Positions 1-12,869 of a stretch of DNA of 64,000 nt are shown here, one piece after another. Position 1 is the first letter of the stretch; the number at the start of each line of letters is the position of its first letter. Both the position numbers and the translations under genes were made by a program. Origin of the DNA: Mustelus asterias. Lineage: Eukaryota. The notes below the pieces were generated by a model. The model ran no database searches. It was not told the DNA's origin and saw nothing but the letters and a program-made list of their open reading frames with translations. The stretch covers positions 62,001 to 126,000 of the forward strand of contig NW_027590264.1 of the NCBI RefSeq assembly GCF_964213995.1, read 5' to 3'.

Positions 1-140
1 TTTAGTATAGTAGCAAGTTAAAAATTCAACTGTGGCTCAGCCGTTCGTGTTGAGTGTTGTGTTTTGTTTTGATATTTTGTTTATGACCCTGTGACTATCA
101 CTGTCGAGACAAAATAATTATTTCTGTTTATCAGTGTGGG

Positions 141-155
141 AGCGCCCTCTGCTGA
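141..155 (-). promoter_or_regulatory. CTCF-like site just downstream of RSS
   Basis: TCAGCAGAGGGCGCT preceded by GGAGTTCC-N6; about 25 bp from the nonamer; repeated in paralogs. Confidence 0.7.
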
Positions 156-218
156 TCACTAACCGGAACTCCCAGTCTGGGGTTTTTGTGCGGGGTTCGC
201 TACATCTGTACCAGTGTG

Positions 219-761
219 GGCTCCATGGCACAGAAATACACGGCGTTGTCGGACAGAACAGCTCTGGCGATATTTAAAGGAACAGTATTGTTTCCTTTGT
301 GCAAAGCAGCCGAGAATCTATCTGAGAAATCCGGAGACTTATCGGTATTGCCCGAGCTATATATCTTCATCAAATATCTCAGAGCTTGCCCGGGATACTG
401 GATGTACCAGAACATAGTTTCAGAAGTAGCTGTTGAGTATTTACAGTCCAGTGTTATGTTCTGTCCTTCCAGAACCGATAATTCAGATCGACCTTGAAAC
501 ACTGAATCTTCAGCCTTTGCCCCTGTAACAAAACACAGAAGTTATTCAATATCTGGGAGGGAAGAGAGCCCATGGGACAGACACTGATCATTTAAACATT
601 GACTCAAAAAAAGAAAATGCTCGAAATTTTCAGTAGATCTGACAACATCTGTGAGAGGCGAACAGAGATAATGTTTCAAGTCAGGATGACACTTTGTCAG
701 AGTTTATTGACTCACCGGGCAGCAAGACCATTATTATCAGCAAACAAAGTAAGGAGCACAT
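219..761 (-). CDS. TRAV: TCR alpha/delta V gene, subgroup A copy 1 (leader 716-761, V exon 219-522)
   Basis: Leader MCSLLCLLIIMVLLPG with GTGAG donor; V-set Cys/WYIQ/YFC intact; RSS CACACTG (212-218), 22 bp, ACAAAAACC (181-189). Confidence 0.93.
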
Positions 762-2959
762 GGTGTCTGGTTTCGGGTTCGGCAGAAATGAAGCAGTATT
801 TGAAATGTGTTGACATTTCTGTTCTAATATTCAAGCGGAAATTCACATCAGCGGGAACGTAATTTACTCAGAAATTATGGGGCGTTTCCCAGCGACAGGA
901 TTGGCCGCTTTCTCAGGATTGATGGTCGTCGGGCATCAATCAGCGTTCGCTCGACTAATAAGTTCTGAGTTTCTCTTTCTCCCTGTCTTTCGAGGGTTCT
1001 CTGGCTCTCTCTTCGTTTGGAGCCTGTCTATCTCGCTCTGTTATTCCGCCTCTGTTTGTCTCGCCCCCATTGCTCTGCTTCTGACCGTCTCTGTCTTCGC
1101 ACTGGCTCTACATTCTTATCTTTCTCCCCTTCTCCCTAAAATTCAGAGTTCAGACAATCCGATTTCCCTCACTCTCCTATTTCAATGAATCCACTAAGTT
1201 ACTCATTCTTTTGGTGCAACAAATGTAGAAAACGTTAATAACCAGAAGTTGCGAGGTAAATTATGATGGAAATATTTAAATGTAAATAACTAAAGAATAT
1301 AGGAAATGAATGTGAATCCAGGGTCATATTTACATCTTGTGTTGTTATTTTAGGAAAGGCATCTTATCGGAATCTTGAGGGCTTCATATTGTTTAGAATG
1401 AGTTTTATAACCACTATTTATTGAATAAAGCGAATCGCCAGCAATTAAAATAACGATGTTATTATCTCTCATGTATACGTTCAACTGTGTTCAATTGCAT
1501 TGGAATAGTAAAAGGATGAACAAGAATAATGCAACATAATCACCAGTAGTAACGACCTTCTGTAATTTGAGAATTCGATGATTTTGCAGGAAATGACCAG
1601 TTACCTCAGATTGCCGCCAGATGGCGGTGCCTCACCATGTTTGTGTGTTTACTGCAGCGGGTCCGGGAAGCTTTACTCGGCGGTTCTGCTGCTGGTCTGG
1701 TTTCCTCGGGCATCCAGAAGCTCTCGGAAATAACCCTGTCGGTATCATGTACTATGTTATATTATGTTGTGTTAAGGAATGAAGATGAACGAATGGAAAG
1801 ACAGTGGGTGAATTCGAGGCCGAGGCCGTGATAGAAGTCAAGGCACAGATTAGGAGGGACAGATGGAGAAATCAGAGAAACCCTACAGTGCAGAAAGAGG
1901 CCATTCGGCCCATCGAGTCTGCACCGACCACAATCCCACCCAGGCTCTACCCCCATATCCCTACACATTTACCCACTAATCCCTCTAACCTACACATCTA
2001 AGGACACTGAGGGCAATTTTTAGCGTGGCCAATCAACCGAACCCGCACATCTTTGTTCTCTCTTTATGTTTTCGTCTGTACTGTCTCCATAAATCTGCAA
2101 CTGCTCCCTTCACAGTTCCTTCACCGAACCTTCATCTATTTCCCTTCCTGTCTCCGTCTCTCCCTCATTTATCTTACTGTCTGTCCCTCTATTTATCTCC
2201 TTGCCTCGCGCACATTTCTCTCATTCCCTTTCCTCGTGTTTATATCCCTGTAACTCCATCTGTCCCTCCTAATCTGTGCCTTGACTTCTATCACGGTCTC
2301 GAATTCACCCACTGTCTTTCCATTCGTCTAGTTGGACCAATGAGCGGCACAGGCTTGGAGGGCCGAAGGGCCTGTTTCCTGTGCTGTACTGTTCTGTGTT
2401 CTTTGTTCTTTGTTTATCTTCATTCCTTAGCTTGAAGCTTTCTGTGTTGCTGCATTTATTCCCCTCACGGGATCAACATCTAAATCCACTGTTGTACAAA
2501 TCGTGTATTGTTTTATTTACAATCGCAACCCCCTGAAATCTACCGCGGAGGACAAAGAATTCAGCGTCACCAGGTCACGCACAATGAGATTAGTGTTCTT
2601 GAGAAACCGTCACAATAAATAACATTCAATCTGAGCGTGTGAGGCCGATCAAATAAAACCGCAGACAGCTGAGGACTTTGGATCTGCATTCGATGGAGTT
2701 TAGAGAGATGAGGGGGGAATGTCATTGAAAAATACAGCAGACTGAAAATCCTGGACAGAGTGGATGTGGAGAAGATATTTCCATTAGTAGGAGAATCTAG
2801 CACACGGCACACAACCCCAGAATAGAGGGACGACACTAGAGAACCGATTTGACTTTAATTTCTCTTTCCCAGGTGACTGTTTGTGTGCCAGGCAACCATT
2901 TTATGTGTACCCATCTGTATATGGGTACACATAAGATGGGACTTAATAGACATTAAACC

Positions 2960-3550
2960 CCCACCCCATCAACATCCTGGGAGTTCACAGAAAACTGAAC
3001 TGGACCCAGGAATATAAATACAGTGGCTTCCAGAGCTGATCAAAGGTTAGGAATCCTGTGGCGAGTAACTCACCTCCTGACTCCCCAAAGCCTGTCCACC
3101 ATCTACAAGGTACAATTCAGGGGTGAGATGGAATACCCTCTACTTGCTTGGATGAGTGTAGCTGCAACCACACTCGAGAGGCTCGACAGAATGCAGGACA
3201 AATCAGCCCGCATGATTGCTACCCATTGCATGAACATTCATTCCTGCCACCACAGACGAACAGTGACAGCCGCGTGCACCATCTGCAGGATACACTGCAG
3301 CAACTCACCAAGGTTTTTTTTTTAGGCAGCACAATCCAAACACACGAGCACTGCCATCTAGGAGAAGAAGGGCAGCGGGCACATGGGAACACCACAACCT
3401 CGAGGTTCCCTTCCAAGTTATTCTACATCCCTACATGGAAATATATCGATGTTCCTTCACGGTCACTGGGTCAAATCACTAGAACTCCCTCACTAACAGC
3501 ACAGTGTGTGGACCTGCACCTCAGGTACCACAAGAAGGCAGTTCACCACC
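2960..3550 (+). mobile_element. Degenerate non-LTR retrotransposon 3' fragment (related copies ~36370-36720, 45600-45940, 50000-50420, 58560-59150)
   Basis: RT C-terminal-like translation RLGILWRVTHLLTPQSLSTIYK...MEY..LAWMS with frameshifts. Confidence 0.7.
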
Positions 3551-4058
3551 ACACAATACACCAATGTCAGCTGTGGGAATAGACTATCTTCGTGCTGCGA
3601 GGTGAGTCTCTGTGTCCCGGATTTATAACAATAGTCGTGTTGCTAAGTGAGTCTGTGTGGAGGTTATTCTACATCTCATTTGTTATGAACTTCAGCAGAC
3701 TTTGATCCATTCTGCATTGAGTTATAGGAACGAATGCCGAGGAGTCGGTGTCCGTGGGCTCAGCTGAGTTAACAATTCTGGATGAACAGCCGGTAATTTT
3801 CTGCTATATTACCTCCACTTCTGAGCGCATCCTTCAGCTGATAGCTCGATACTCCTGGTATCTGCTTACTATATAATTCGCGGCCTGGGGTTTAATCTCG
3901 AGATTTACCAAAGTGCTTCTATGATGATTTGAACAAGGTCAAATTGTCTGGTAAATAGAATCGCCGCCTTCGTGAACTCGTGATCAAAACATCTTCATGG
4001 AGTTGTAAATACTCGCTGAGGTTTTTGTACAGGGTTTTCGCTGTAACCCAACACTGTG

Positions 4059-4546
4059 CCTCACTGCACAGTAATAGACCGCCCCGTCCTCCAAACTGAG
4101 GGCGCTTATATTGAGGGAGCCGCTCTGTGTGGACTTGTCAGCAGCCGCCAGATATCGTCCTAAAACTTTATTTTCCTTCACTACTAATGTTGTGGTAATA
4201 ATCCATCTCAGTGGCTGTGCCGGTTTCTGCTGATACCATTGCATGTAGCTCATACCCTTGTCTGTATAGTTACAATCCAACTGCACCGAATCCCCGTCTG
4301 ATGCTGTTATTGCCACCGGTGACTGAGTTACTGGATCTGCGCACAGTCCGCCTGTAAAGGTAGAGGAATTGAATATCAAGAGTTCATGTCAATTTATAGT
4401 TTGTGGAACCTCCCATCTACACCTCACATGGATATTTTTGATGGTTAATTAAATTGGCATCTTTGTGTATAAATATGTTTCCGTGGTTTGATGAACGTTG
4501 TCCGGTACTTACTGTGCAAGAGCGCCAGCAGAATGATCAGAAACAT
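4059..4546 (-). CDS. TRAV: TCR alpha/delta V gene, subgroup B copy 1 (leader 4513-4546, V exon 4059-4351)
   Basis: Leader MFLIILLALLH with GTAAGT; DPVTQ..C..WYQQ..YYCAVR; RSS CACAGTG (4052-4058), 23 bp, ACAAAAACC (4020-4028). Confidence 0.93.
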
Positions 4547-5084
4547 GTCCGAGTGGATTTATTCCAGTGAATGAGAATGGAGGAGTCAGAGAGTGAGGAA
4601 GGGAGCGGGAACCCAGGCTCTGCTCCGCTGATTGCAGTGTGTGAGTGAGTGTGGGTCAGTTTGTCTGTGTGGGTGTGAGTGTGGGGAGGGGAAGTGGAGT
4701 CTATTGTGACCTCAGCAGCCTACCATCCATACAGGCTCCAGTGATAATGTCACGTGAGATTGTAGCACCGCCCCCCCCCTCCCCCCGGCATCCCTCCCCA
4801 CTCCAAAACCGGGCTCGAGATTGGCGCCCTCTGCTGACAAATGTTGTTTAATGCAAGTTCGCATTTGGCTGTTGAGTCGATTCAGGGTTTACTCCAACAC
4901 ACACCAAGGCGCAAATGCTGCCCAGGAATCCGAATGGGTGCTCTGTAGAAAGTCCTTGTTACGTTTCCTACTTACATCGTAAAATGATGCGGGCATCATT
5001 GCTGGAATTCTCTGTTCAAATCCCGGGTACACCGAAGTCCAGAGCATTCCAAGACTTTGGGAAAAGTGCGGTGCTAGGGGAGAT

Positions 5085-5385
5085 ATTTCCATGTAAGAGA
5101 GACGAGGATCCAAGGGCACAGCCTCAGAGTAAAGGGACGATTCTTTAAAGTAGAGATGAGGAGGAATTTCTTCAGCCAGTGGGTGGTGAATCGATGGAAT
5201 TCATTGCCACAGAAGGGTGTGGAGGTCAGGTCATTGAGTAGATATGTTTTTGATTTGTAAGGGGATCAAAGTTTCCGGGAAAAGGCGGGAGAACGGGGAT
5301 GAGAAACTTAGCAGCCACAATTGAATGGCGGAGAAGACTCGATGGGTCGAATGGTCTAATGCTATTCCTATATCTTATCGTCTTA
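5085..5385 (+). mobile_element. CR1/HER1-type LINE 3' fragment (others ~15140-15500, 39450-39910, 51675-52040, 56730-57040)
   Basis: ...GHSLRVKG..FK.EMRRNFFSQ.VVN.WNSLPQ CR1 ORF2 tail followed by a GATGGG.CGAATGG 3' end. Confidence 0.8.
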
Positions 5386-5524
5386 AAGGCTTATGGTTAT
5401 AAATCAGAATAATGCCAGGGATCAACAGATTAATTTGGTTTATTTTCCTTACAAACAAGAAGGTACAAAGGCGACTCCGCTGACATGTTGAGAATTTTCC
5501 CCTTTTCAGAGAGTAACATTTAAT

Positions 5525-5690
5525 ATTATAGATACATTGTAAAGTCACCGCTTCTCCTTCTGTCTTTACTGCTGAGATGATGTGGAGATGCCGGCGTTGT
5601 GAGACTTCTTACTTTAACCTGGTGTTGTGAGACTTCTTACTTTACTGCTGAGGACAGCGGCTGAGTGACAGAATCTCAGTGACCCATATC
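5525..5690 (-). pseudogene. Truncated V pseudogene with a 64-bp Penelope-like insert (5577-5640) and 12-bp TSD
   Basis: DMGH*DSVTQPLSSAVK|TEGEAVTLQC; TTTACTGCTGAG at 5565-5576 and 5641-5652; no 3' V or RSS. Confidence 0.8.
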
Positions 5691-6129
5691 TGGGAAAAGG
5701 TTGTCTTTGGAGGAGGTGGACTCATAAGAAAATATTCACGTTCATTCAGTTTGGCGCTCGACATTCTTTGTGTAGTGTAGCGGGTAACATCTGTATTTTA
5801 TACACGACAGCGCCCAGTTCCAAACAGTCGAGTTAGCAAAATACGAACGTGCTGCGTTTGTTCAACAATTTCGGGCTTTTACCAAGGATTTCTGAGCTGC
5901 TTTGGATACAAGCAAACCAGTTATATTTCGGTGAAAGCGCCGGTTGCGTAGGCTCATTGGTCTAGGGGCATGATTCTCGCTTTGGGCATTTGAGGTGAAA
6001 CTGTGTGAGAGGTTGACTGGGACAGCCATCGTATTAGAGGGTTGGATGGAGCGAAATTTGTTGAGTGTATTCAGGAGGAACTTCTCATTCCCGACGAGAG
6101 GGGGCAAAACTTTACTTCCTCTTGGGAAA

Positions 6130-7045
6130 TAATGTGTTGTTTCTGCATGATGTGGGAGCTGGTGGACCCCACTGTGGTTCCCAGTGAGCATGTCTGCAGT
6201 AAGTGTTGGTTGCTTGAGGTACTCCGGCTCAGGGTTGATGTGCTGGAGTCTGAGCTTCAGACACTGCGACATATCAGGGAGGGGGAGAGTTGCTTGGACG
6301 CTGTGTTTCAGGAGGCAGTCACACCCCTTAGACTAACTAATTCAGCCGGGGGTCAGGGACAAGAGGGTGTGGCTGCGAGTGAGGCAGGAATTGGGATCCA
6401 GAAGGTAGAGTTGCAAGAGCCTCAGTCCCTGAATCTGTACAACAGGTTTGAGATTCTTGCTCCCAGTGTGGAAGGGAACGGGGACTGCAAGGAGGATGAG
6501 CAAACTGCCCCCGGCACGTTGGTACAGGGAGCCGTTCAGGTGGAAGAAGAAAAAAGAAATGTAGTGGTAATTGGGGATAGTGTAGTTAGGGGCATTGACA
6601 CTGTTCTTTGTGACCAGGATCGAGAATCCCGAAGGTTGTGTTGCCTGCCTGGTTCTCGGGTCCAGGATATCTCATCTGGGCTGCAGAGGAACTTGGAGTG
6701 GGAGGGTAAGAATCCAGTTGTAGTGGTCCAGGTAGGTGCCAACGACATAGGCAGAACAGGAACAGAGGTTCTGCAGAGGGAGTATGAAAAGCTAGGAGCC
6801 AAATTAAAAAGCAGAACCAACAAGGTGGTAATCTCTGGATTACTACCTGAGCCACAAGCAAATTGGCGCAGGGTCAATAAGATTAAGGAGGTAAATGGGT
6901 GGCTCAAAGATTGATGTGGGAGGAATGGGTTTGAATTCATGGGACATTGGCACCAGTATTGGGGAAGATGGGACCTGTTCAGATGGGACGGTCTTCGTCT
7001 GAATCGTGCTGGGACCAGAGTCCTGGCGAATCGTATAACCAAGGC
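6130..7045 (+). mobile_element. CR1/L2-clade LINE ORF1 remnant (Zn-finger, coiled coil, SGNH/GDSL esterase), premature stop at 6912
   Basis: CxxC..HxCxKC, VVIGDS, CLPG, VGANDIG, and DGLRLN after the stop; truncated inverted copy at 55421-55983. Confidence 0.85.
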
Positions 7046-7381
7046 CACATTCACTGGCATCGATTCTACTGGAATCGGAGATGAAGAATTGAAGCCGGAA
7101 TAAATAAACCCCATCAGTGACCCCATGTTTCCGGTTACAAATCTCTTCCCACGTGTCTAACTAGGGAACCACTCGCCCTATCAGAACACTGAGTGAACCC
7201 AGCTCGGGGTGAATCCATTCACTTGCAGCCAGTTCACCAGCTGCCAACCCCACAGCACCCCCGCGGACACAGGGAAATGCAGTGAGAGCATCCCGAGACA
7301 CGGCAGCAACATATACAGGGTGAGGTTTGGAAAGGGTGTCTTCAAATATCCAACTCCCCTTTTACAGAGCAGACAACAACG

Positions 7382-7566
7382 ATGCTGCTACTCAGCATCT
7401 GGATTGTGCGGGGAACCTTCCTGACAGGTAATTATGGACCAAACGGATTTCATATTTACTTTAATTTTACAAACTTGTTTTTGAACTGAATCTTACGGAT
7501 TCAGTCGGTCTGAACTGTTTCCGTTCGAACATGTTTTTCCGATCTGGGTCATGGAGATTCTGTTAC
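7382..7566 (+). pseudogene. V relic: leader plus first codons of V, truncated by a Penelope-like tail (7566-7673)
   Basis: Leader MLLLSIWIVRGTFLTG; acceptor AG mutated to CG; DLGHGDSV then repeat; inverted paralog of 34320-34840. Confidence 0.8.
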
Positions 7567-10185
7567 CGAAAGCTTATGGTATTTGCTACCAAATAAACCT
7601 GTTGGACTTTAACCTGGTGTTGTGAGACTTCTTACTGTGCTTACCCCAGTCCAACGCCGGCATCTCCACATCACTGCTTCAGTTATACAGGGCGTTGCTG
7701 AGACTGCATCTTGAACACTCGGTGCAGCTTTGTCTCCTATTTAAGAAATGATACAAATGCATTGAAAGTGGTTCAGAGGAGGTTTAATAGATTGCTTCCC
7801 AATTTTTTCCGATTTTCCTTGCCTTCACCTCTGACAAAGAGTAATCCTGACTCAAAATGTTGCCTCCATTCTCTCTCTACAGATGCTGTCAGACTTGCTG
7901 AGATTGTCCAGCATTTTCTGTTTTTGTTTCAGATTCCAACAACAGCAGAATTTTGCCTTTATACCAATTCTTGTTGGATAAGGGAATCAAAAATATCGGG
8001 TGTAGAACGGGAATGTGGAAATCTACACAAATAGATCAGCCATGATGTAAATAAATGGGGGAGCAGACTCAAAGGGCCAAATGGCCGACTTCTGCTCCGA
8101 TGTCGAATGTTGGTCACAAATTCCTGAGAATTGTGAACCAAGGCTAGAAGATTCGCCTTGCTTGTGTTAGTGGGAAAATGTCCAGGAGAACCATCACTGT
8201 GAAGGACAGTTCTGGGATTAAAGGTTGCCAGACTGGAAAAGGAAAACAATGGAAATAAACCCTTGGGGAGGAAAGAATCACTTTGGGCTGGTTTTTGGAG
8301 AAGGAGTGTCAACATTCCAAGGCAAAATAAAATATATCCATTGAGTGGATATTTAATGGTGTTAAGAGTAAAAGGGCAAAGTTTAATTTTACAGTTTCAG
8401 GGCTATGTTCCCTATAAAAAAGTGTTTAATCATTGTTGCCTCCAGTTTGTTGGAATAAACATCAGAAAACTTGAAGTTTTGTCATGTGATTCTTTAATTT
8501 GTTTACTGGGTTCAGAATTCATTTTTAAAAATTGTTGATCGTCAGAGATGCTAACAGTTCATTTAAAGCCACACGTTTCGACTTCCCATTTGAGCCTGTG
8601 GCACCTTTCTGTCTCTCCATTGCTCGTGTTAATGACAGCCAGGCGACGGAGCTGAGGGCTGAATTTAGCTGAGAATAATGGGGCCTGCGCCCCAGTTGGG
8701 AAACTGCCATGGGCGACGCACTAATAGAGAGACAGGAAGGTGCTGGAGGACTGACTGGGAAATGGGCCTCCAACCAATTATATCGGTCACTCAGAACTAA
8801 AGAGAAACCTGTCTCTTTAAATACAGATACAGGGAAGAGGCTGCAATGAAATCTGTCCCTTTTAACCTGCACAAAAGCAGGAGGCTGAGATTGCCAGGCT
8901 CCAGGAGGAGTCCATTCAGCCCATCATGTTCTGCTATCTCTTTGAAAGGACTCTCTGATTCATCCAACTGCTCTGTTCTTTCCCCACAGCCCTGCAAATT
9001 CTTTCCTTTCAAGTCTTTACCCTTTGGAACGATTCTATTGAATCTGCTTTCAGGCAGATCAGAACAACTCACTGCGTCAAAAAATAAAATAAAATCTCAT
9101 CTCCCCCTCTGGCTCCTTTGTCAATTACCTTAGAGGGACTCACTTTCTGTTAAAGAGCCTGCCAACCCCTCTCACCCACTTTCCCGAAAGTGCATCAATC
9201 TCATCAGGAAAAGTCCAGAAAAATCAAATATTTTTACTGATAAAAGTTTATTAATGAAACAGAACATGATTAAAACAAACAGAAAAAGACTTGAGGATCA
9301 AAGACAACCAGAGTAAAAGGATGTTCACAATGTTCTGGACACAAATGGTTTCTCTCTATCTGTTCCCTGACCTCTTTGTGGTAAAGGCAGAATTCTCTGG
9401 ACAGTAAATTTAAAAAGAAGTTTGTCGAATGAAAAAGGTTTACTGAACACAGTGGCACAGTGGTTACTGCTGCCTTACAGTGCTATTTTGCAATGTTTTA
9501 TTGGAGAGTTTTTTTTTGTGAATAAAGTATATTTTTGAAAGAAAAAAAAACGTGTCGCAGTGGTGTTTTTAGCCCTATAGCTGGAGACCTGGCTTTCAGT
9601 GAGCAGAAATAACCCAAGCTGAGATATAATCAGTGTGCTTGTGAGGAAAATCGCTATATTGTTGGGGGCCAGGGGTGGGAATGAAGTCGCTGGTCTGATT
9701 ATTGTAACAGAGAAACACTGGGTTGTGAATTGTGTCAGAAAACATTTGACAGACATTCAAAATGAGAATGAACATTGATGGCAACCTGTTCTCAGTGATT
9801 GTTTTAAATAGCACAATGACAACCTTGCGAAATGTATATGCCAATATAAACTGTCCCTTAGGCAGCAAAATACTCTGATCAAATAGACCCGTTGATCAAA
9901 GAGACCTTGAAAAGGAGAGTGAAGATGGGGAAAGTGCTGCACAATAATTCACACAGGCAAGAAAATGTCATCAAAGGTTGAAGCGTGAGTTAAGGAACTG
10001 TGAATGTATTTTTAGTATAGTTGCAAGTTAAAAATTCAACTGTGGCTCAGATGTTCGTGTTGAGTGTTGTGTTTTGTTTTGATATTTTGTTTGTGATCCT
10101 GTGCGGGAGCGCCCTCTGCTGATCACTAACCGGAACTCCCAGTCTGGGGTTTTTGTGCGGTGTTCGCTTCATCTGTCCCAGTGTG

Positions 10186-10727
10186 GGCTTCATGGCACAG
10201 AAATACACGGCGCTGTCGGACAGAACAGCTCTGGCGATATTTAAAGGAACAGTATTGTTTCCTTTGTGCAAAGCAGCCGAGAATCTATCTGAGAAATCCG
10301 GAGACTTATCGGTATTGCCCGAGCTATATATCTTCATCAAATATCTCAGAGCTTGCCCGGGATACTGGATGTACCAGAACACAGCTTGAAAAGCAGCTGT
10401 CGAGTATTTACAGTCCAGTGTTATGTTCTGTCCTTCCAGAACCGATAATTCAGATCGATCTTGAAACACTGAATCTTCAGCATTTGCCCCTGTAACAAAA
10501 CACAGAAGTTATTCAGTATCTGGGAGGGAAGAGAGCCCATGGGACAGACACTGATCATTTAAACATTGACTCAAAAAAGAAAATGCTCGAAATTTTCAGT
10601 AGATCTGACAACATCTGTGAGAGGCGAACAGAGATAAAGTTTCAAGTCAGGATGACACTTTGTCAGAGTTTATTGACTCACCGGGCAGCAAGACCATTAT
10701 TATCAGCAAACAAAGTAAGGAGCACAT
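10186..10727 (-). CDS. TRAV: TCR alpha/delta V gene, subgroup A copy 2 (leader 10682-10727, V exon 10186-10489)
   Basis: Intact leader, splice sites and V; RSS CACACTG (10179-10185), 22 bp, ACAAAAACC (10148-10156). Confidence 0.93.
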
Positions 10728-11744
10728 GGTGTCTGGTTTCGGGTTCGGCAGAAATGAAGCAGTATTTGAAATGTGTTGACATTTCTGTTCTGATATTCAA
10801 GCGGAAATTCACATCAGCGGGAACGTAATTTACTCAGAAATTATGGGGCGTTTCCCAGCGACAGGATTGGCCGCTTTCTCAGGATTGATGATCGTCGGGC
10901 ATCAATCAGCGTTCGCTCGACTAATAAGTTCTGAGTTTCTCTTTCTCCCTGTCTTTCGAGGGTTCTCCGGCTCTCTCTGCGTTTGTGGCCTGTCGATCTC
11001 GCTCTGTTATTCCGCCTCTGTTTGTCTCGCCCCCATTGCTCTGTTTCTGACCGTCTCTGTCCCAATAAGTCCATCGGTATATCAGATATGTGTGAGCTGG
11101 AATCAAATTTACATCCTTTCTATGTGTGGAGATAACCTCATTAAGAGTTCGAATTGTATCAGTGTTGCTGTGGTTTCAAATTATGTAACACGAGCATGGT
11201 TTTACAGAAAGGCCTGGGATATTAAAAACAAATAAAAGAAATGACAAGGATTCAAGGGTGGCATGGACAAGTTGGGCCGAAGGGTCTGTTTCCATGCTGT
11301 AAACCTCTATGACTCTATGACTACCTCGATATCCGTTATTTCCCTGAATATCCACAAATCTATCAACTGCCTTCAAGAAATCAAACGACTGTACAATCAT
11401 CGCTCTCTTTGACACATAGAGTGCATTAAAGCGAATGTATAATTTTTGACTGAGATGATTTTTGAGATATGACTCTGATGAGTTTTATTTCATGTTGCAA
11501 TAACAGCACCAGTGTCTCCCATTCAGATTTGCTCGTAAACCAGAGAAACTACTATAAAGAGGGATTTTACATACACTGACAGACATTCAGCACAAAAAAC
11601 GTGATCATTCGGTTTAACTGGTTTTAATGATATGATTTTGTTTATATTAACAGTTCACAATCCAGCTCAGAGATCGGATTCAGTGAGAGGAGGTGAGAAT
11701 GCCTTTGCTGGTTTTTGTACGGACTAACTGCGTCTCTGTAACTG

Positions 11745-12186
11745 CGGTTCAGCGCACACTGTTACAGATACACGGCAGAGTCAGAGACATGGACCCCGGT
11801 CATATTTAATGAAGCTGTTATCTTGTCTCTGTCCAAATTAGCAGAAAGCTGGTCCGAAAAATCGGGAGACTTATCCCCCTTCCCCTTGCCGTAACCTTTC
11901 AATAAATATCTCGGAGCTTCTCCGGGATACAGGATGTACCAGAATAGAGTTTGGTCAGCGTATTTTGCTTTGTAACTGCAGTTCAAAATTACCGTCTCTC
12001 CTTCCTGAACCGTTAATTCAGGCGGCTCCTTGGAAACTGAACTTTGGCCATTGGTTCCTGTAACAACATATCGAATGTGTGAGAAATCTGAGTGAAAATA
12101 ACCCATGAAACACACACTGAGGATCTGAGCTCAGACTCACCGGGCAGCATGACCATTATTATCAGTAGAACACGCAGGGAACACAT
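11745..12186 (-). pseudogene. V pseudogene, subgroup C (paralog of 40600-41035)
   Basis: Leader 12141-12186; V from 12057; ends AVYL* before Cys104; heptamer destroyed or inverted; nonamer 11710-11718 intact. Confidence 0.88.
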
Positions 12187-12869
12187 GGATCCTGATTGGA
12201 CACTGTTTAAAATATGTTGTTGCTTCTAGTCTTATATCACGGAGTAAACTCAGATCAGAGGCAGCTTCAACAATAGGCAAATTGGGGGCTTTTCTCAGTG
12301 TTGCAATTGGCTGACGTCAGCTGTGGACCAAACACTGCTCGTGGAGGACTAAACACAGCTGGCTCCCTCCAAACACATTCCACCCCGGGCTGTGTGTGTT
12401 TTTCTCACTCTCTTTCTCTCTCCATGAAAGGTGAATAATATTATCAGTTATACTGTCGCTTTCTCGGTTAACCCTCTTTCGTTCGAACTCAATGTCCCCC
12501 TTTTTTAGATAGATCTTTCTCTCTAAATAAAGTTAAAAGTGAAATAAATAATTTACACTCATTTACTCTGCGGGTATTAATGAGTGCATCCACTGCATGA
12601 ACATAATAGTAGTTACTGCTTTATTTATACCGGGGATAAGTCATCACCCAAGTCCACATTGACTTGCGTTTCCACTGGGATCACTCTTATACTGGGAAAG
12701 TACTGATTCAATCAGTCATTATTTCTGTCCAGAAACTTCAAAATGTGACAACTCTCAGTGTGCCTTTGATATTAGATCACATTTAACAGGTGTCCCCTGA
12801 CAGATAGGCATCTGATACAGAAAGATTAAAAGTACTGATTTATTAAATTATTCACTCCGAAACTCGATA

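Larger units (their letters stand above)
2055..6692. repeat. Left arm of a ~4.6 kb near-identical inverted segmental duplication (right arm ~55421-60060)
   Basis: V gene, V pseudogene with the same 64-bp insert and LINE ORF1 all recur reverse-complemented; 6692 corresponds to 55421. Confidence 0.9.

Noticed and set aside
877-1188. Repeated hydrophobic ORF MGRFPATG (also 10843, 44033, 60716)
   Set aside because: Antisense translation of the duplicated purine-rich V promoter region; 3' ends differ between copies.
6042-6914. 290-aa ORF as a host GDSL esterase gene
   Set aside because: Architecture is LINE ORF1; premature stop; the first ~30 codons are unrelated flank.
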